From an uncultured Gammaproteobacteria bacterium (GTDB taxonomy: Bacteria; Pseudomonadota; Gammaproteobacteria; CAWCPV01): a DNA stretch of 64,000 bases. A program made the translations under genes and the position numbers. The notes under the pieces were generated by a model, which saw nothing but the letters and a program-made list of their open reading frames with translations, did not search any database and had not been told where the DNA came from. Below, in pieces: positions 21,756 through 34,304 of this stretch; within the stretch, counting starts at the first letter, position 1, and every line of letters begins with the position of its first letter. The DNA is taken from assembly GCA_963797555.1 (NCBI GenBank), contig CAWCPV010000004.1, forward strand, positions 384,001 through 448,000, read 5' to 3'.

Positions 21756-22145
21756 GCGCTCGCGAAAAAATCGTCGCGAGTGGCCCGAGGCCCACCGGCG
21801 CGCGGAACGAAGCGACGAGACGTATTCCGTACGACAGGCGTGGAGTGAGCAGCGCGCGACGCCGCTATCGGTTCGCGCAGCAGGTCTATTCACGGGCCCC
21901 GAGGGTTGCCGCGGTGCGGTTAATGTGCGGCCGTCCGCTTTTCGCCTCGAACACTGCTGACTTGGTCCCGACGGAGTGAGGGCAGGGCCCCCCGTTGCCT
22001 CATCCAGTCGGGATCCCTAGATCCGAAACGGCGCTGTCGCACAACGGGATTCAGCGCGTCAAACGATCGACTATGTCCGTCCTCAATGGGCAGCGGAGTG
22101 CCCGGAAAGCGGCCACGCGGCGCAAGCTTGGGGTTGGCAGGAGAT

Positions 22146-22769
22146 ATGGGCCGCACCAGGGCTGAGCAGCTTTGGCTGCGCCGGCAGGCATCGGACCCCT
22201 ACGTCAAGAGAGCGCATAGAGAGGGCTACCGGTCGCGCGCAGCCTTCAAGCTCCTTGAGATGGACCAGCGTGACCGGCTGTTGCGTCCTGGCGCGATCAT
22301 CATCGACCTGGGTGCTGCGCCCGGCGGTTGGTCTCAGGTGGCCGCGCAGCGGCTGCGCGGGGCAGGCCGGGTGCTTGCCGTGGATCTCCTGCGGATGGCA
22401 CCCATCGACGGCGTCGAGATCCTGCAAGCCGATCTGCGAGAACCGAGTGCGGTGACGACGCTGATGGCTGCCTTGGGCAACGGCCGCGCCAACCTTGTGA
22501 TGTCCGACATGGCCCCCAATATGACGGGTATCAGCTCGATAGACCAGCCCCGTGCGCTCAGGCTCGCCGAAACGGCGCTGGAGGTGGCGTTGCGCGTACT
22601 CCTCCCCGGGGGAGCAGTGCTCTTGAAGGTGTTCCAGGGAGAAGGCGTGAGCGCACTGAGCAAGGAAATACGGCGCGCGTTCGAGAGGGTCGACGTGCGC
22701 AAACCCGGCTCTTCTCGTGCCGCGAGCCGCGAGATCTATCTGCTGGGCAGGCATTTTGATGTGTGCTAA
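22146..22769 (+). CDS. rlmE: 23S rRNA Um2552 methyltransferase
   Basis: [36 protein letters not shown]. Confidence 0.95.
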   Translation: MGRTRAEQLWLRRQASDPYVKRAHREGYRSRAAFKLLEMDQRDRLLRPGAIIIDLGAAPGGWSQVAAQRLRGAGRVLAVDLLRMAPIDGVEILQADLREPSAVTTLMAALGNGRANLVMSDMAPNMTGISSIDQPRALRLAETALEVALRVLLPGGAVLLKVFQGEGVSALSKEIRRAFERVDVRKPGSSRAASREIYLLGRHFDVC

Positions 22770-22831
22770 GGTTTAGGCAACTTGGGCACGCTGCGCGTGC
22801 AGCCATCTGCCGTCATGTAGAGGTGCAGGCT

Positions 22832-24752
<1,921 letters not shown>

Positions 24753-24783
24753 CCACGGTGCCGCCCACGCGCGCGGCGAGCCG

Positions 24784-25665
24784 GTGGCGACGAGTAGCTT
24801 GAGACCGGCGACACCCGGCCGGTCTCTGGATTGCGTCGGCCAAGTCGTCTCTCTGGACCCTCCCCAGGTGATGGGGATCCTCAACGTGAGTCCCGATTCC
24901 TTCTCGGACGGCGGGCTCTATCTGTCGGTCGAGGATGCCGTGCGGGCCGGTTGCAACATGGCGCGGGAGGGGGCGGGTATCATCGATGTCGGTGGCGAGT
25001 CCACACGTCCGGGAGCCCTCCCCGTGACCGCCGAGGAGGAGTTGCGGCGGGTCATTCCGGTCATTGAGCGCCTGCGGGGCCGCTTGTCGGTGCCCATCTC
25101 GGTGGATACCAGCAAGCCGCAAGTGATGCGCGCGGCGGTGCGGGCTGGTGCGGGGATGATCAACGACGTGCGGGCCTTACAGGAGCCGGGCGCCCTCCAC
25201 GCGGCTGCAGAGCTGCGCGTGCCGGTGTGCCTCATGCACATGCAGGGGGAGCCCCGCACCATGCAGAGGGCCCCCTTCTACCGGAATGTCGTGGCCGAGG
25301 TCCGGGATTTCCTGGCCGCGCGCATCGAGGACTGCCTCGGCGCGGGGATTGCGCGCGAGCGCATCGTGGTGGACCCGGGCTTCGGATTCGGGAAGACTGT
25401 GCAGCACAACCTGACGCTGATTAAGCACCTGGACGCCTTTCAGGATCTCGCCGCGCCGGTGCTGGTCGGGTTGTCGCGCAAGTCGGTGGTCGGTGGGATC
25501 CTCGGAGTACCGGTAGGGGAGCGACTGTACGGAAGTCTGGCGCTGGCTGTCCTCGCCGTGCGGCAAGGTGCTTCGCTGGTGCGTGCTCACGATGTGGCGG
25601 CCACGGTGCAGGTGGTGCGTATCTGCACCGCAGTGACGCAAGCAGACGATGTGGAGGAGAGATGA
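24784..25665 (+). CDS. folP: dihydropteroate synthase
   Basis: [37 protein letters not shown]; start uncertain. Confidence 0.95.
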   Translation: MATSSLRPATPGRSLDCVGQVVSLDPPQVMGILNVSPDSFSDGGLYLSVEDAVRAGCNMAREGAGIIDVGGESTRPGALPVTAEEELRRVIPVIERLRGRLSVPISVDTSKPQVMRAAVRAGAGMINDVRALQEPGALHAAAELRVPVCLMHMQGEPRTMQRAPFYRNVVAEVRDFLAARIEDCLGAGIARERIVVDPGFGFGKTVQHNLTLIKHLDAFQDLAAPVLVGLSRKSVVGGILGVPVGERLYGSLALAVLAVRQGASLVRAHDVAATVQVVRICTAVTQADDVEER

Positions 25666-27017
25666 CAAGGCGATATTTCGGGACCGATGGTATTCGCGGG
25701 CGGGTCGGCGAGGCGCCCGTGACTGCAGAGTTCGTCTTGAAGCTGGGGTGGGCAGCGGGGCGAGTGCTTGGGAAGGGCCAGCGGGGCAGCGTTCTCATCG
25801 GCAAGGATACCCGTATTTCGGGCTACATGTTCGAGTCGGCTCTGGAGGCGGGGCTGTCTGCCGCTGGGGTGGATATCAGGCTGCTGGGTCCCATGCCGAC
25901 CCCGGCCATCGCCTACCTGACGCGCACCCTGCGGGCCCACGCGGGCATCGTCATCAGCGCCTCTCACAATGCTTATTACGACAACGGCATCAAGTTCTTC
26001 TCTGCAGGTGGCAGCAAGCTGCCGGACGACGTGGAAATGGCCATCGAACGTCAGATGGAGACCCCCGTGCGCACCGTGGACTCCGCCTTGCTCGGCAAGG
26101 CGGAGCGCGTCGTGGACGCGGCTGGCCGCTATATCGAGTTCTGCAAGAGCACCGTGCATCTCGGCCTCAGCCTGTCCGGCATGAAGCTGGTGGTGGATTG
26201 TGCGCACGGTGCTACCTATCAGGTCGCACCCAGCGTCTTCCAGGAGATGGGTGCCAAGGTGGTGCGGCTGGGGGTGGAACCGGATGGTTTGAACATCAAT
26301 GCCGGTTGCGGGTCGACTCAGCCGGAGGCGCTCCGGGCAGCGGTGCTGCAGCACCATGCCGATGTGGGCATCGCTTTCGACGGTGACGGGGACCGTGTGA
26401 TTCTGGTAGATGGACGTGGGGATCTCGTAGACGGCGACGACCTCCTGTTCATCATCGCGCGTTCGCGGCAGAGGACGCAGGCCCTGCGGGGTGGGGTGGT
26501 GGGCACGATCATGACCAACCTCGGTCTCGAGCGCGCCTTGGAGCGCTTCAGCATCCCGCTGGTCCGTGCCCCAGTGGGGGATCGCTACGTATTGGAAGCG
26601 ATGAAGCGGGAGGGCTATATGCTCGGCGGCGAGTCTTCGGGGCATGTCATCTGTCTGGATCGCACCACGACGGGCGACGGGATCGTGTCGGCGCTTCAAG
26701 CGCTGGCTGAGATGGTGGATACCGGCCAGAGCCTGGAGGAGTTGAAGGCAGGTGTGCTCAAGTACCCGCAGTGCCAGCGCAATGTACCCGTCAGTCGCGC
26801 GATCGACCTCGCCGCCGGCGCTGTCCGACAGGCCCTCATGGAGGTGGAGGGGCGCCTGGGATCGGCGGGGCGTGTAGTGCTGCGTCCTTCCGGGACTGAG
26901 CCCGTCGTTAGGATAATGGTGGAGGGGGAGCAGCCGGCCATGGTAGAGAGCCTGGCGGGCTATCTGGCGAGCGTCATCGCCGAGGCCCAGCAAAATGGAC
27001 CTCCCGCGCCCGGTTAA
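25662..27017 (+). CDS. glmM: phosphoglucosamine mutase
   Basis: [29 protein letters not shown]. Confidence 0.97.
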   Translation: MTRRYFGTDGIRGRVGEAPVTAEFVLKLGWAAGRVLGKGQRGSVLIGKDTRISGYMFESALEAGLSAAGVDIRLLGPMPTPAIAYLTRTLRAHAGIVISASHNAYYDNGIKFFSAGGSKLPDDVEMAIERQMETPVRTVDSALLGKAERVVDAAGRYIEFCKSTVHLGLSLSGMKLVVDCAHGATYQVAPSVFQEMGAKVVRLGVEPDGLNINAGCGSTQPEALRAAVLQHHADVGIAFDGDGDRVILVDGRGDLVDGDDLLFIIARSRQRTQALRGGVVGTIMTNLGLERALERFSIPLVRAPVGDRYVLEAMKREGYMLGGESSGHVICLDRTTTGDGIVSALQALAEMVDTGQSLEELKAGVLKYPQCQRNVPVSRAIDLAAGAVRQALMEVEGRLGSAGRVVLRPSGTEPVVRIMVEGEQPAMVESLAGYLASVIAEAQQNGPPAPG

Positions 27018-27056
27018 TGTAACATTACCCTTTCCTTTGAATGTGCTACGGGAGGG

Positions 27057-27812
27057 ATGATGCGCCAGTCCCTGGTGGCGGGTAATTGGAAGATGAATGG
27101 CTCTCGGCAAGGCAGCCGGCAACTGTTGGAGGCCGTGAAGTCGAGTATCGGTGATTTGAGCGCCGTGCGCGTGGCCGTGTGCCCCCCCTTCGTCTTCCTG
27201 CCCCTGGCGGAATCCGTGCTAGCGGGCTCTGCCGTGGCTTGGGGTGCGCAGAACGTTTCCCATCGGGGGGAGGGCGCCTTTACCGGGGAGATCTCCGCTC
27301 GCATGCTCCTCGACTACGGCTGCACCTATGCGATCGTGGGCCACTCGGAGCGGCGCACCCTGTACGGCGAGGACGACCGGTTAGTGGCCGAGAAGTTCGC
27401 GGCTGCCCGCGGCGCAGGGCTCACCCCGATTCTGTGTGTGGGTGAGCACCTGTCCGAGAGAGAGGCCGGTGAGACGGAGAGGGTGGTCGCACGGCAGATG
27501 GATGCCGTGCTCGACTTGGAGGGCGTGCAGGCCCTGCACGGCGCAGTCGTCGCTTACGAGCCGGTGTGGGCCATCGGGACGGGCCGGACCGCCACCCCAG
27601 AACAGGCCCAAGAGGTGCACGCCTTCATCCGCGGGCGCGTTGGACGGCTGAGCGGTGATGTGGCCGAGGCGCTGCCCATCCTCTACGGGGGCAGCGTGAA
27701 GGGATCCAACGCTGCATCCCTGTTCGCGATGCCCGACATCGATGGAGGCCTCATCGGTGGTGCGTCGCTGGACGCGCAAGAGTTCCTAACCATCTGCCGG
27801 GCGGCGGGCTGA
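27057..27812 (+). CDS. tpiA: triose-phosphate isomerase
   Basis: AGNWKMN, GHSERR, AYEPVWAIGTG, LYGGSVK. Confidence 0.98.
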   Translation: MMRQSLVAGNWKMNGSRQGSRQLLEAVKSSIGDLSAVRVAVCPPFVFLPLAESVLAGSAVAWGAQNVSHRGEGAFTGEISARMLLDYGCTYAIVGHSERRTLYGEDDRLVAEKFAAARGAGLTPILCVGEHLSEREAGETERVVARQMDAVLDLEGVQALHGAVVAYEPVWAIGTGRTATPEQAQEVHAFIRGRVGRLSGDVAEALPILYGGSVKGSNAASLFAMPDIDGGLIGGASLDAQEFLTICRAAG

Positions 27813-27826
27813 GGCGGGACCGAGCG

Positions 27827-28174
27827 ATGCTGCAAACGCTGATCGTCATCATTCACGTGTTCGTCTCCGTGGCCCTCGTCACGCTCGTGCTGTTGCAGCA
27901 CGGCAAAGGCGCGGACGCGGGGGCGGCCTTCGGCAGCGGAGCCTCCCAGACCGTGTTCGGGGCGCGCGGTTCGGCCTCGTTCCTCACTAGGGCTACGGCC
28001 GCTCTGGCTACGGTATTCTTCCTCACCAGTCTCTCGTTAGCTTACCTGTACGGGAAGCGAGTGGAGCATAAGAGCGTTATCGAGAAGATCGAGGTCCCGA
28101 CCGTGCCGCTACCGAGCGAGCTTCCGAAGGCTCCGCAGCCGGGCCGGTCGGACGTGCCCACGCTTCCCAAGTGA
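27827..28174 (+). CDS. secG: preprotein translocase subunit SecG
   Basis: VLLQHGKGADAGAAFGSGASQTVFG. Confidence 0.96.
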   Translation: MLQTLIVIIHVFVSVALVTLVLLQHGKGADAGAAFGSGASQTVFGARGSASFLTRATAALATVFFLTSLSLAYLYGKRVEHKSVIEKIEVPTVPLPSELPKAPQPGRSDVPTLPK

Positions 28175-28190
28175 GGTGCAGACGTGCCGA

Positions 28191-28275
28191 GCCGATGTGG
28201 TGGAATTGGTAGACACGCCGTCTTGAGGGGGCGGTGGCGAAAGCCGTGCCGGTTCGAGTCCGGCCATCGGCACCA
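28191..28275 (+). tRNA. tRNA-Leu(GAG)
   Basis: GCCGATG...CATCGGC-ACCA acceptor stem, anticodon loop TT-GAG-GG, long variable arm, GGTTCGAGTCC T-arm. Confidence 0.97.
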
Positions 28276-28308
28276 TATTGAGGCTCCAAGACATCCCACA
28301 ATTTCCCT

Positions 28309-28333
28309 AAGCCCGCGTAACAGCGGGCTTTTT
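28309..28333 (+). terminator. intrinsic terminator after tRNA-Leu
   Basis: AAGCCCGC-gtaaca-GCGGGCTT-TTT. Confidence 0.65.
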
Positions 28334-28435
28334 CATATATGGTGCTCCCAGAACATCCCATAAGGTTCCAAGAAATCCCCCCGGCTCTGACGGTACTTTT
28401 GGGGGTACCTGTTTCCAAAGTGATGGTATCTGGCC

Positions 28436-29644
28436 ATGCCGCTGTCTGATGCCGCAACCCGCAACGCTCACCCCACGGCCAAGCCCTACAAGCTCGCTGA
28501 TGGCGGAGGTCTCTATCTGTTGGTGAGGCCCGATGGCCGACGCTACTGGCGCCTGAACTACCGCTTCGTCGGCAGACAGAAGACCCTTGCCCTGGGGGTA
28601 TATCCCGAGGTGACGCTGGCCGAGGCCCGCGAGGCTCGCGACGAGGCCCGGCGGCTCTTGAAGCGGGGTACCGATCCCAGCGCGGAGCGTAAGGAGCGCA
28701 AGCACGGGGCTCTGATGGCCGCTACCAACACCTTCGATGCCACGGCCCGGGAGTGGGCGGACAAGCAAGCGACGCGTTGGACTGCCGGGCACGCCGCCCG
28801 AGTGCTGCAATCGCTCGAGGCCGACGTCTTTTCGGAGCTGGGGCAGCGGCCTATCAACGCAATCACGGCCGCGGAGCTGCTGCGCACCCTGCGCAAGGTC
28901 GAGCACCGCGGGGCACTGGTGACTGCGGCCAAGGTGCTGCAGCGCTCGAGCGCAGTGTTCCGCTATGGCATCGTCACCGGGCGCTGTGACGGCAATCCGG
29001 CCGACGCCCTGAGAGGCGCGCTGAAGACCCCGAAGCGCGAGAACTATGCCGCACTCACGGCCGCCGAGCTGCCCGAATTCCTGAGCCGGCTGGAAGCCTA
29101 TGACGGTCACTTGCAGACCAGGCTTGCGCTGAAGCTGCTGATGCTCAGCTTCGTGCGCACGGGCGAGCTGCGCGGCGCCGAGTGGTCTGAATTCGACTTC
29201 GATGCCGGGCTGTGGCGCATCCCGGCAAGCCGCATGAAGATGAAGGCCCCGCACCTGGTGCCCCTGGCGCACCAGACAATCGACGTCCTACACCAGCTCC
29301 AACCGCTTACCGGACGCAACCGTTACCTGTTCCCGAATCAGTCCCATCCCGAGCGGCCCATGAGCGAGAACACCCTGCTCTTCGCGTTGTACCGCATGGG
29401 CTACCACGGCCGGGCGACGGGACACGGCTTCCGGGCGACGGCTTCCACGATCCTGAACGAGATGGGCTTCGACGATGACGCCATCGAGCGCCAGCTTGCC
29501 CACTGCGAGCGCAATAAGGTCAGAGCGGCCTACAACAAAGCCGAGTACCTCCCCGAGCGCATCGGGATGATGCAGGGCTGGGCCAACTACCTGGACGGCC
29601 TGGCAAGCGGCGCCAACGTGGTGCCCATCCGCGGGAAGGCTTGA
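28436..29644 (+). CDS. P4-family tyrosine integrase
   Basis: Arm-binding YKLADGGGLYLLV..WRLNYR; catalytic R (VRTGELR), HGFR, QLAH, YNKAEY. Confidence 0.96.
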   Translation: MPLSDAATRNAHPTAKPYKLADGGGLYLLVRPDGRRYWRLNYRFVGRQKTLALGVYPEVTLAEAREARDEARRLLKRGTDPSAERKERKHGALMAATNTFDATAREWADKQATRWTAGHAARVLQSLEADVFSELGQRPINAITAAELLRTLRKVEHRGALVTAAKVLQRSSAVFRYGIVTGRCDGNPADALRGALKTPKRENYAALTAAELPEFLSRLEAYDGHLQTRLALKLLMLSFVRTGELRGAEWSEFDFDAGLWRIPASRMKMKAPHLVPLAHQTIDVLHQLQPLTGRNRYLFPNQSHPERPMSENTLLFALYRMGYHGRATGHGFRATASTILNEMGFDDDAIERQLAHCERNKVRAAYNKAEYLPERIGMMQGWANYLDGLASGANVVPIRGKA

Positions 29645-30268
29645 CGAGGGCGAGCGAACAGCTTTCGGCTTTGCCAAGCCTAGGGAGCGCACCCGAAAAG
29701 CGGGATACCTTCACCCGCCTGGCTTGGCCCCTCTTTTGAAGGGACGCTGGAAGGAGCGTGTTATGCCTGATGACCCCATTGGTCACCCCGATGTATCCGA
29801 TGACTGGAGTGACCAGGTAGAGCAGCTAATGCGGCAGGGTGAGGGTATCCCCGATCTGATCCAACTTCTACGCACAACAACCCAGGCGTTGTCTGATTCC
29901 CTAAGAGTTACGATTGCTGACTTTTTTGAAGGCAAGATCCCGCCAAAGACTGGCAGACCACGCAATCTCAAGAGAGCAGTTAGAACCTATGTAATCGTAG
30001 GTTGTTTCCGGGACATGCCGAATAAGTTCGGGGCGGTACCCGCGACAGACCGGAAACGCTATGGCAAATATCGAGGTGTCCACAACGTCACAGCCGCCTA
30101 TCTCGATATGCCCGTTCCCACTGTGCGAGCGCATTGCGCCGCGGTCAGGAAAGCGCTGCTCAATGGGAGAATGACCGTAACCGTTCAGACCCTCCCACCA
30201 GTTGATCGATGCGTTAAGAGCGCGTCCAGCGCAGCAGAGCCGCTCGGCTTGTCGTACACTCCCGGCTC

Positions 30269-31179
30269 ATGGATCAAGAGCCCTCTATTCCGCAGGCGAT
30301 CACGGCGAGCGGCCGGAGCTTTACCGAAGAGGAGATCTCCGCCATCGTCCGAATGGTGTCGATGTGCGTGGGCCTGAGTCGTTTTGAGCTGGCGCAGACC
30401 ATCTGTGAGCTGCTGGGGTGGAGACGGGACAACGGAGCCCTGAAGTCCCGCGAGTGTCGGGATCTACTGGAGCGGTTGGAAGCTCGGGGGGATCTGGGGC
30501 TTCCCGCCAAGCGCACGGGCAGGCCCAAGGGGCGGCGCACCTGCACTGCGCAGACCGATCGGGGCGAACGCCGCGGCGAGATTGCCGGTGCGCTGCAGGA
30601 GGTGGCCCCGGTGGAGCTTCAGTTAGTGCGCCAGGCCGAGGGACGGGCATTTGTGGCGCGAGCTTCTCGCGCGCTATCACTACTTGGGCTATGCCACACC
30701 CTTTGGGGCCCAGTTGGTCTATCTCATCTGCTCCCAGCGCCGGGAGGGGGAGGTGTTGGGCGGGCTCACCTACACCAGCCCGGCCTGGCGCATGCAGGCC
30801 CGCGATGCGTGGATTCGGCTGGGACGAGAGAGCGCGCAAAGCGCACCTCGCACGCATCGTCAATCAGGGGCGCTTCCTGATTCTGCCCTGGGTGAAAGTG
30901 CCTCATCTGGCGAGCCACGTGCTGGCCTTGGGCAGCCGGCGCATCGTAGGGGATTGGGAGCGCCACTATGGGCTGCGTCCCTGGCTGCTGGAGACCCTGG
31001 TGGACCCGGCCCGCTTTGCCGGGACCTGCTACCGGGCGGCCAACTGGTGCGAGGTGGGCGAGACCAGCGGACGCGGGCGCATGGACCGTGCGCACCAACG
31101 CCATGGCAGAGCGATAAAGCGGGTCTTCCTCTACGCTCTGCACCCGCAGGCCAGAGAGCGCCTGCGCGGTGAGCGCTGA
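30269..31179 (+). CDS. DUF4338 (Druantia DruA-like) protein, two +1 frameshifts (about 30650 and 30813)
   Basis: SRFELAQTICELLGW, LWRELLARYHYLGY, AWRMQARDAWIGW, NQGRFLILPWVKVPHLASHVL, LLETLVDPARFAGTCYRAANW..VGETSGRGR. Confidence 0.85.
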
Positions 31180-31181
31180 AC

Positions 31182-32750
31182 TCAAGCGGGCGCAGGAAGC
31201 GGCGGTGCCTCAAAGCCGCGGCGTCGGTGGGCGAGGACATCTCTGAGATAGCACAGCGGGGAGCTCAATCGCAGCCGAGAAGTCTCGATCACACTGGCGA
31301 GCAGCGCCAGCGCCCGGCTGCCTTGTTCGCTGCGGGTCCCCTGGCTGATGCGACGCAGAATCACCCAGTGACGCAGCGCCCGCTCCGCCACGTTGTTGGT
31401 CAGCGGCAGCTGAGGCTCATCCAACACCCGGAAGATCGCCTCCCAGTCGTTGAGCAGCTCCTTGCCCAGCGCCTGGGCCTTGTCATAAGGGCAGCAGCTC
31501 ATGCGTTCACACAGGGCCGTGAGCTCGTTGAGCTCGCCCGGGTGGGCTTGCCGCAGGGAGCCGCCCGGTCCCTCGCGGGCGTGATAGACGGCCTGCATCA
31601 GCGCATCGAGCAGGTCATAGACCGCCTGGCCGTAGCCCTGGAGGGTGGGCGAGAGGCAATCCCTCAGGCCCCGGGCCTTGCGAATGAGATGCGCCCAGCA
31701 ACGCAGGCGCTTGGCATAGTCCCGATAGACCTGGTACCCATCGCTCATCAGATAGCCGCAGAAGAGATCCTCGATGAGGTTCTGAAACATCTCTTTGGCG
31801 CGAGAGCCGACCAAGAACAGCGCCGTCGAGGCCGAGATGAACACCCATAACCACAAGGGCTCTCCCCATTGCTTGTGCGGTGTCTCATCGGCATGCATGA
31901 GGGCCGCTTCCAGCAACTGGGTCACCAGCTCATCCTCGACCGGCTCGCAGGCACGGGCGGTCTCCATCACGCATTGGTGGAGGGTGCCGATGCCGAGCGC
32001 CAGCCCAAACACCTCGTGCAGGAACTCCCGGACCAGGCGGATGGACAGGCGCATCCGAAACCGCAGCCAGACGATGAAGGCGCACAATCCCGGCCCCACC
32101 AGGCGCCACTCGCCAAGCTCCACCCCTCGCCAGCATCCCAAGTGCTCGGGCGCGCGGTGCGGCGCCTGCCGGGTCTCATGACCACAGTCGCAACGGCTCT
32201 GGTAGTATACCTGCCGCGTGCAGGTCAGGCGCAGCCCCGGCGCCTGCTCATCGCCAAAGACCAAGTCCAGCCTATCAAAGGCGGTGTAGGGCTTCGCCTG
32301 CTCAGGATTGAGCGCCCCACCACACAGCGCACAACTTCCCGGCCGATGATGGTCCCAATCGGTGACTGTCAGCTTCTGGGCGCGCCCGAATCCCTGGGAG
32401 CCAGGCTGCCGGCCCGCTCGGCGCTGCGTCCCTGAGGTCTTGCCACTCGTGTCCTTTGCGCCCTTCTGGCCGCCAGCCCCGGGGAGGCCATCCTCCTCAG
32501 AACGGCTCTTGGCCTCCTCGTCCTCAGGACCGGCGTCGGCCTCTTCGTCCTCCCGCGCACGCAGCCAGGGGTCTTGACTGCTCGGCGGACGAGAGCTATT
32601 GGAGGGACTCTGATTGAGCCGCTCCCACGCTTCCTTGAGATCCTGCAGCAGGCGGATGCTCAGCGCTGCCAGCGCATCGGGATCCTTCTGCCTCAGCTCC
32701 AGAATGCGCTCCTCGCTGAGCTGACGAAGGTCGTGCTCCTTGAGCACCAT
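31182..32750 (-). CDS. IS66-family transposase
   Basis: SPSNSSRPPSS, CxxCG zinc finger, HADET, LMSDGYQVY, CWAHLIRK, TNNVAERALR. Confidence 0.93.
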   Translation of the reverse strand: MVLKEHDLRQLSEERILELRQKDPDALAALSIRLLQDLKEAWERLNQSPSNSSRPPSSQDPWLRAREDEEADAGPEDEEAKSRSEEDGLPGAGGQKGAKDTSGKTSGTQRRAGRQPGSQGFGRAQKLTVTDWDHHRPGSCALCGGALNPEQAKPYTAFDRLDLVFGDEQAPGLRLTCTRQVYYQSRCDCGHETRQAPHRAPEHLGCWRGVELGEWRLVGPGLCAFIVWLRFRMRLSIRLVREFLHEVFGLALGIGTLHQCVMETARACEPVEDELVTQLLEAALMHADETPHKQWGEPLWLWVFISASTALFLVGSRAKEMFQNLIEDLFCGYLMSDGYQVYRDYAKRLRCWAHLIRKARGLRDCLSPTLQGYGQAVYDLLDALMQAVYHAREGPGGSLRQAHPGELNELTALCERMSCCPYDKAQALGKELLNDWEAIFRVLDEPQLPLTNNVAERALRHWVILRRISQGTRSEQGSRALALLASVIETSRLRLSSPLCYLRDVLAHRRRGFEAPPLPAPA

Positions 32751-32972
32751 GATTGTGTGTGACAGTGAGGTCGAGGAACATCCTGCCAAGGGCACCCAAC
32801 TGTCTCACGCTGGAACCGTTTTGTCCAGCCCTCCGGGTCAAAATATTCCAGGGGGGTGAACGGTTACGAATCATGGTGTTCATGGATGTGAACCTTGCTG
32901 ATTACAAGATCCAAAAGGAGGAGCTGCGCCGCATGGCCGATTTCCTGCGCCTGGCTCGCGGCATCAAGAAAC

Positions 32973-33958
32973 GGCTCTTTCCGGAATCGTGTGGGTAGCA
33001 ATGCCTATGCCGCGGCAGCATCTGCGTGAGATCTGACACCAGGGGGTGTGTTGAACGGCGAGGCGGGCAGGTGGGCGAGATTGCCGGCGATGAGGTAGGC
33101 GATGCACACCTGCTCGATGGCCTGCGGGTCGCCGCCGTGCGCCTTGAGGTCGGCGGCGAAGGCCGCCACGGTGCTCTGGTCGCGGCCCTCGCAGGCGAAC
33201 AGCAGGCGTTTTCCCGTGAGGTCATGGAACAGGCTGATGTAGTGCTGTCCACGCCGGGCAGCGGTCTCGTCCAGGCCCACAGCGCTCACCTGCGAGTGGT
33301 CCTCCTGAGCACGGGCCCTGCCTACGTAGTGCTCGATCACCCCCCACAGGCGCTCATCGCCCACGCCCAGGTGCCGGGCGAGGGTCGCGACCGGCATGGC
33401 CTGGCACAGCGTGACCACCAGCGCCTCCATCAGCGCCGTGAAGCCACTGTGTGCGCGCGCCCACGGCGGTTCGACCTGGGTCGTCTTGCCGCAGGCCTCG
33501 CAGCGCACCCGCGGCAGATGCGCGTGCAGGTACGCCCGTGACTTAAAGAAGCTCAGGTGCTGCCAACTGCGCTCCCATGTGTCGTGCACCGGCTGGCCTT
33601 GCACTCCGCAGGCCGGGCAGGCAAAGCGGCTGCCCTTGACAAACGCCACATCGAGGTCGATGCGTCCAGCCTCGGGGTCGAACCGCACGTCGGTGACCTC
33701 CCAAGGCACCATCAGGCCCAGTGCCGTGGTAAACAGATGCGTGGGCTGCACGGTGCTCCCCCCTTGGATGACGGCCTGTGGATGGGTGGACGAGTCCTGC
33801 AGAACAGCCCGCATCCGAAAGACCGTGTGGACAACCTCCCGCTGGCCCCACCCGAGGGGCCTCTCGCCCACCACCCCAACGACAAAATGTTGTGATAAGC
33901 GACCGGTCAGAACAGATGCTACTTGACTACCACCACCCACACAATTGCCGAAAGAGCC
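32973..33958 (-). mobile_element. ISL3-family element, internally deleted (986 bp)
   Basis: 24-bp TIR GGCTCTTTCCGGAATCGTGTGGGT vs GGCTCTTTCGGCAATTGTGTGGGT (21/24); perfect 8-bp TSD CAAGAAAC. Confidence 0.92.
33005..33751 (-). pseudogene. truncated ISL3 transposase
   Basis: LFTTALGL, CPACG, PRVRCEACG, PWARAHSGFT, GLDETA; jumps from EQVCI directly to the C-terminal AYLIAG. Confidence 0.85.
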
Positions 33959-34073
33959 CAAGAAACCCAGGTAGTTTCCTAACACATAAAAAACGACTCC
34001 ACTTTGAGCGTATTCCAAGAATACTAGCTGTTCCGTAGGCTTTCCCTGTCGAGTTCCAACATGAGACAGCAAC

Positions 34074-34301
34074 ATGTCAGAACGCATCCTGCGGAGTCCC
34101 GAAGTTGAGGCGCGCACAGGCCTGGGAAAGTCCGAGCGCGCCCGCCGCATCAAGCATGGCGAATTCCCCGCCCCGATCCCCCTGGGCACGCGCGCCGTGG
34201 GCTGGCTTGAATCCGACATCGAGCGTTGGATTGCGGGCCGGGTCGAGGCCGCGCGCCAGTCCCCGCCCCGCGGCCCCGCGGTGCGCCGGCGCAGGAGCTA
34301 A
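34074..34301 (+). CDS. alpA: AlpA-family regulator/excisionase
   Basis: ILRSPEVEARTGLGKS...GEFPAPIPLGTRAVGWLESDIERWI. Confidence 0.92.
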   Translation: MSERILRSPEVEARTGLGKSERARRIKHGEFPAPIPLGTRAVGWLESDIERWIAGRVEAARQSPPRGPAVRRRRS

Positions 34302-34304
34302 TCC

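Larger units (their letters stand above)
30177..32867 (-). mobile_element. IS66-family element (single TnpC, ISBst12-like) with a passenger gene
   Basis: Perfect 11-bp TIR GTAACCGTTCA / TGAACGGTTAC; 8-bp flanks GAATGACC / GAATCATG (imperfect TSD). Confidence 0.85.
29763..33974 (+). pseudogene. satellite hypothetical gene (about 172 aa when reconstructed) interrupted by IS66 and ISL3
   Basis: Joining 29763-30176, 32876-32972 and 33967-33974 (each IS plus 8 bp removed) gives one open frame ending ...NGRMTVFMDVNLADYKIQKEELRRMADFLRLARGIKKPR*. Confidence 0.7.

Noticed and set aside
27014-27026. TAATG-taa-CATTA palindrome upstream of tpiA as an operator
   Set aside because: Only 5-bp arms, overlapping the glmM stop, with no second copy seen; too weak to support.
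30269-31179. Complete Druantia defence system
   Set aside because: Only a DUF4338 gene is present, and it lies inside IS66 ends; there is no DruE helicase or other dru gene.
33752-34219. N-terminal extension of the 404-aa ISL3 ORF
   Set aside because: It runs past the IS end at 33958 and antisense through alpA; the real start is the GTG at 33751.
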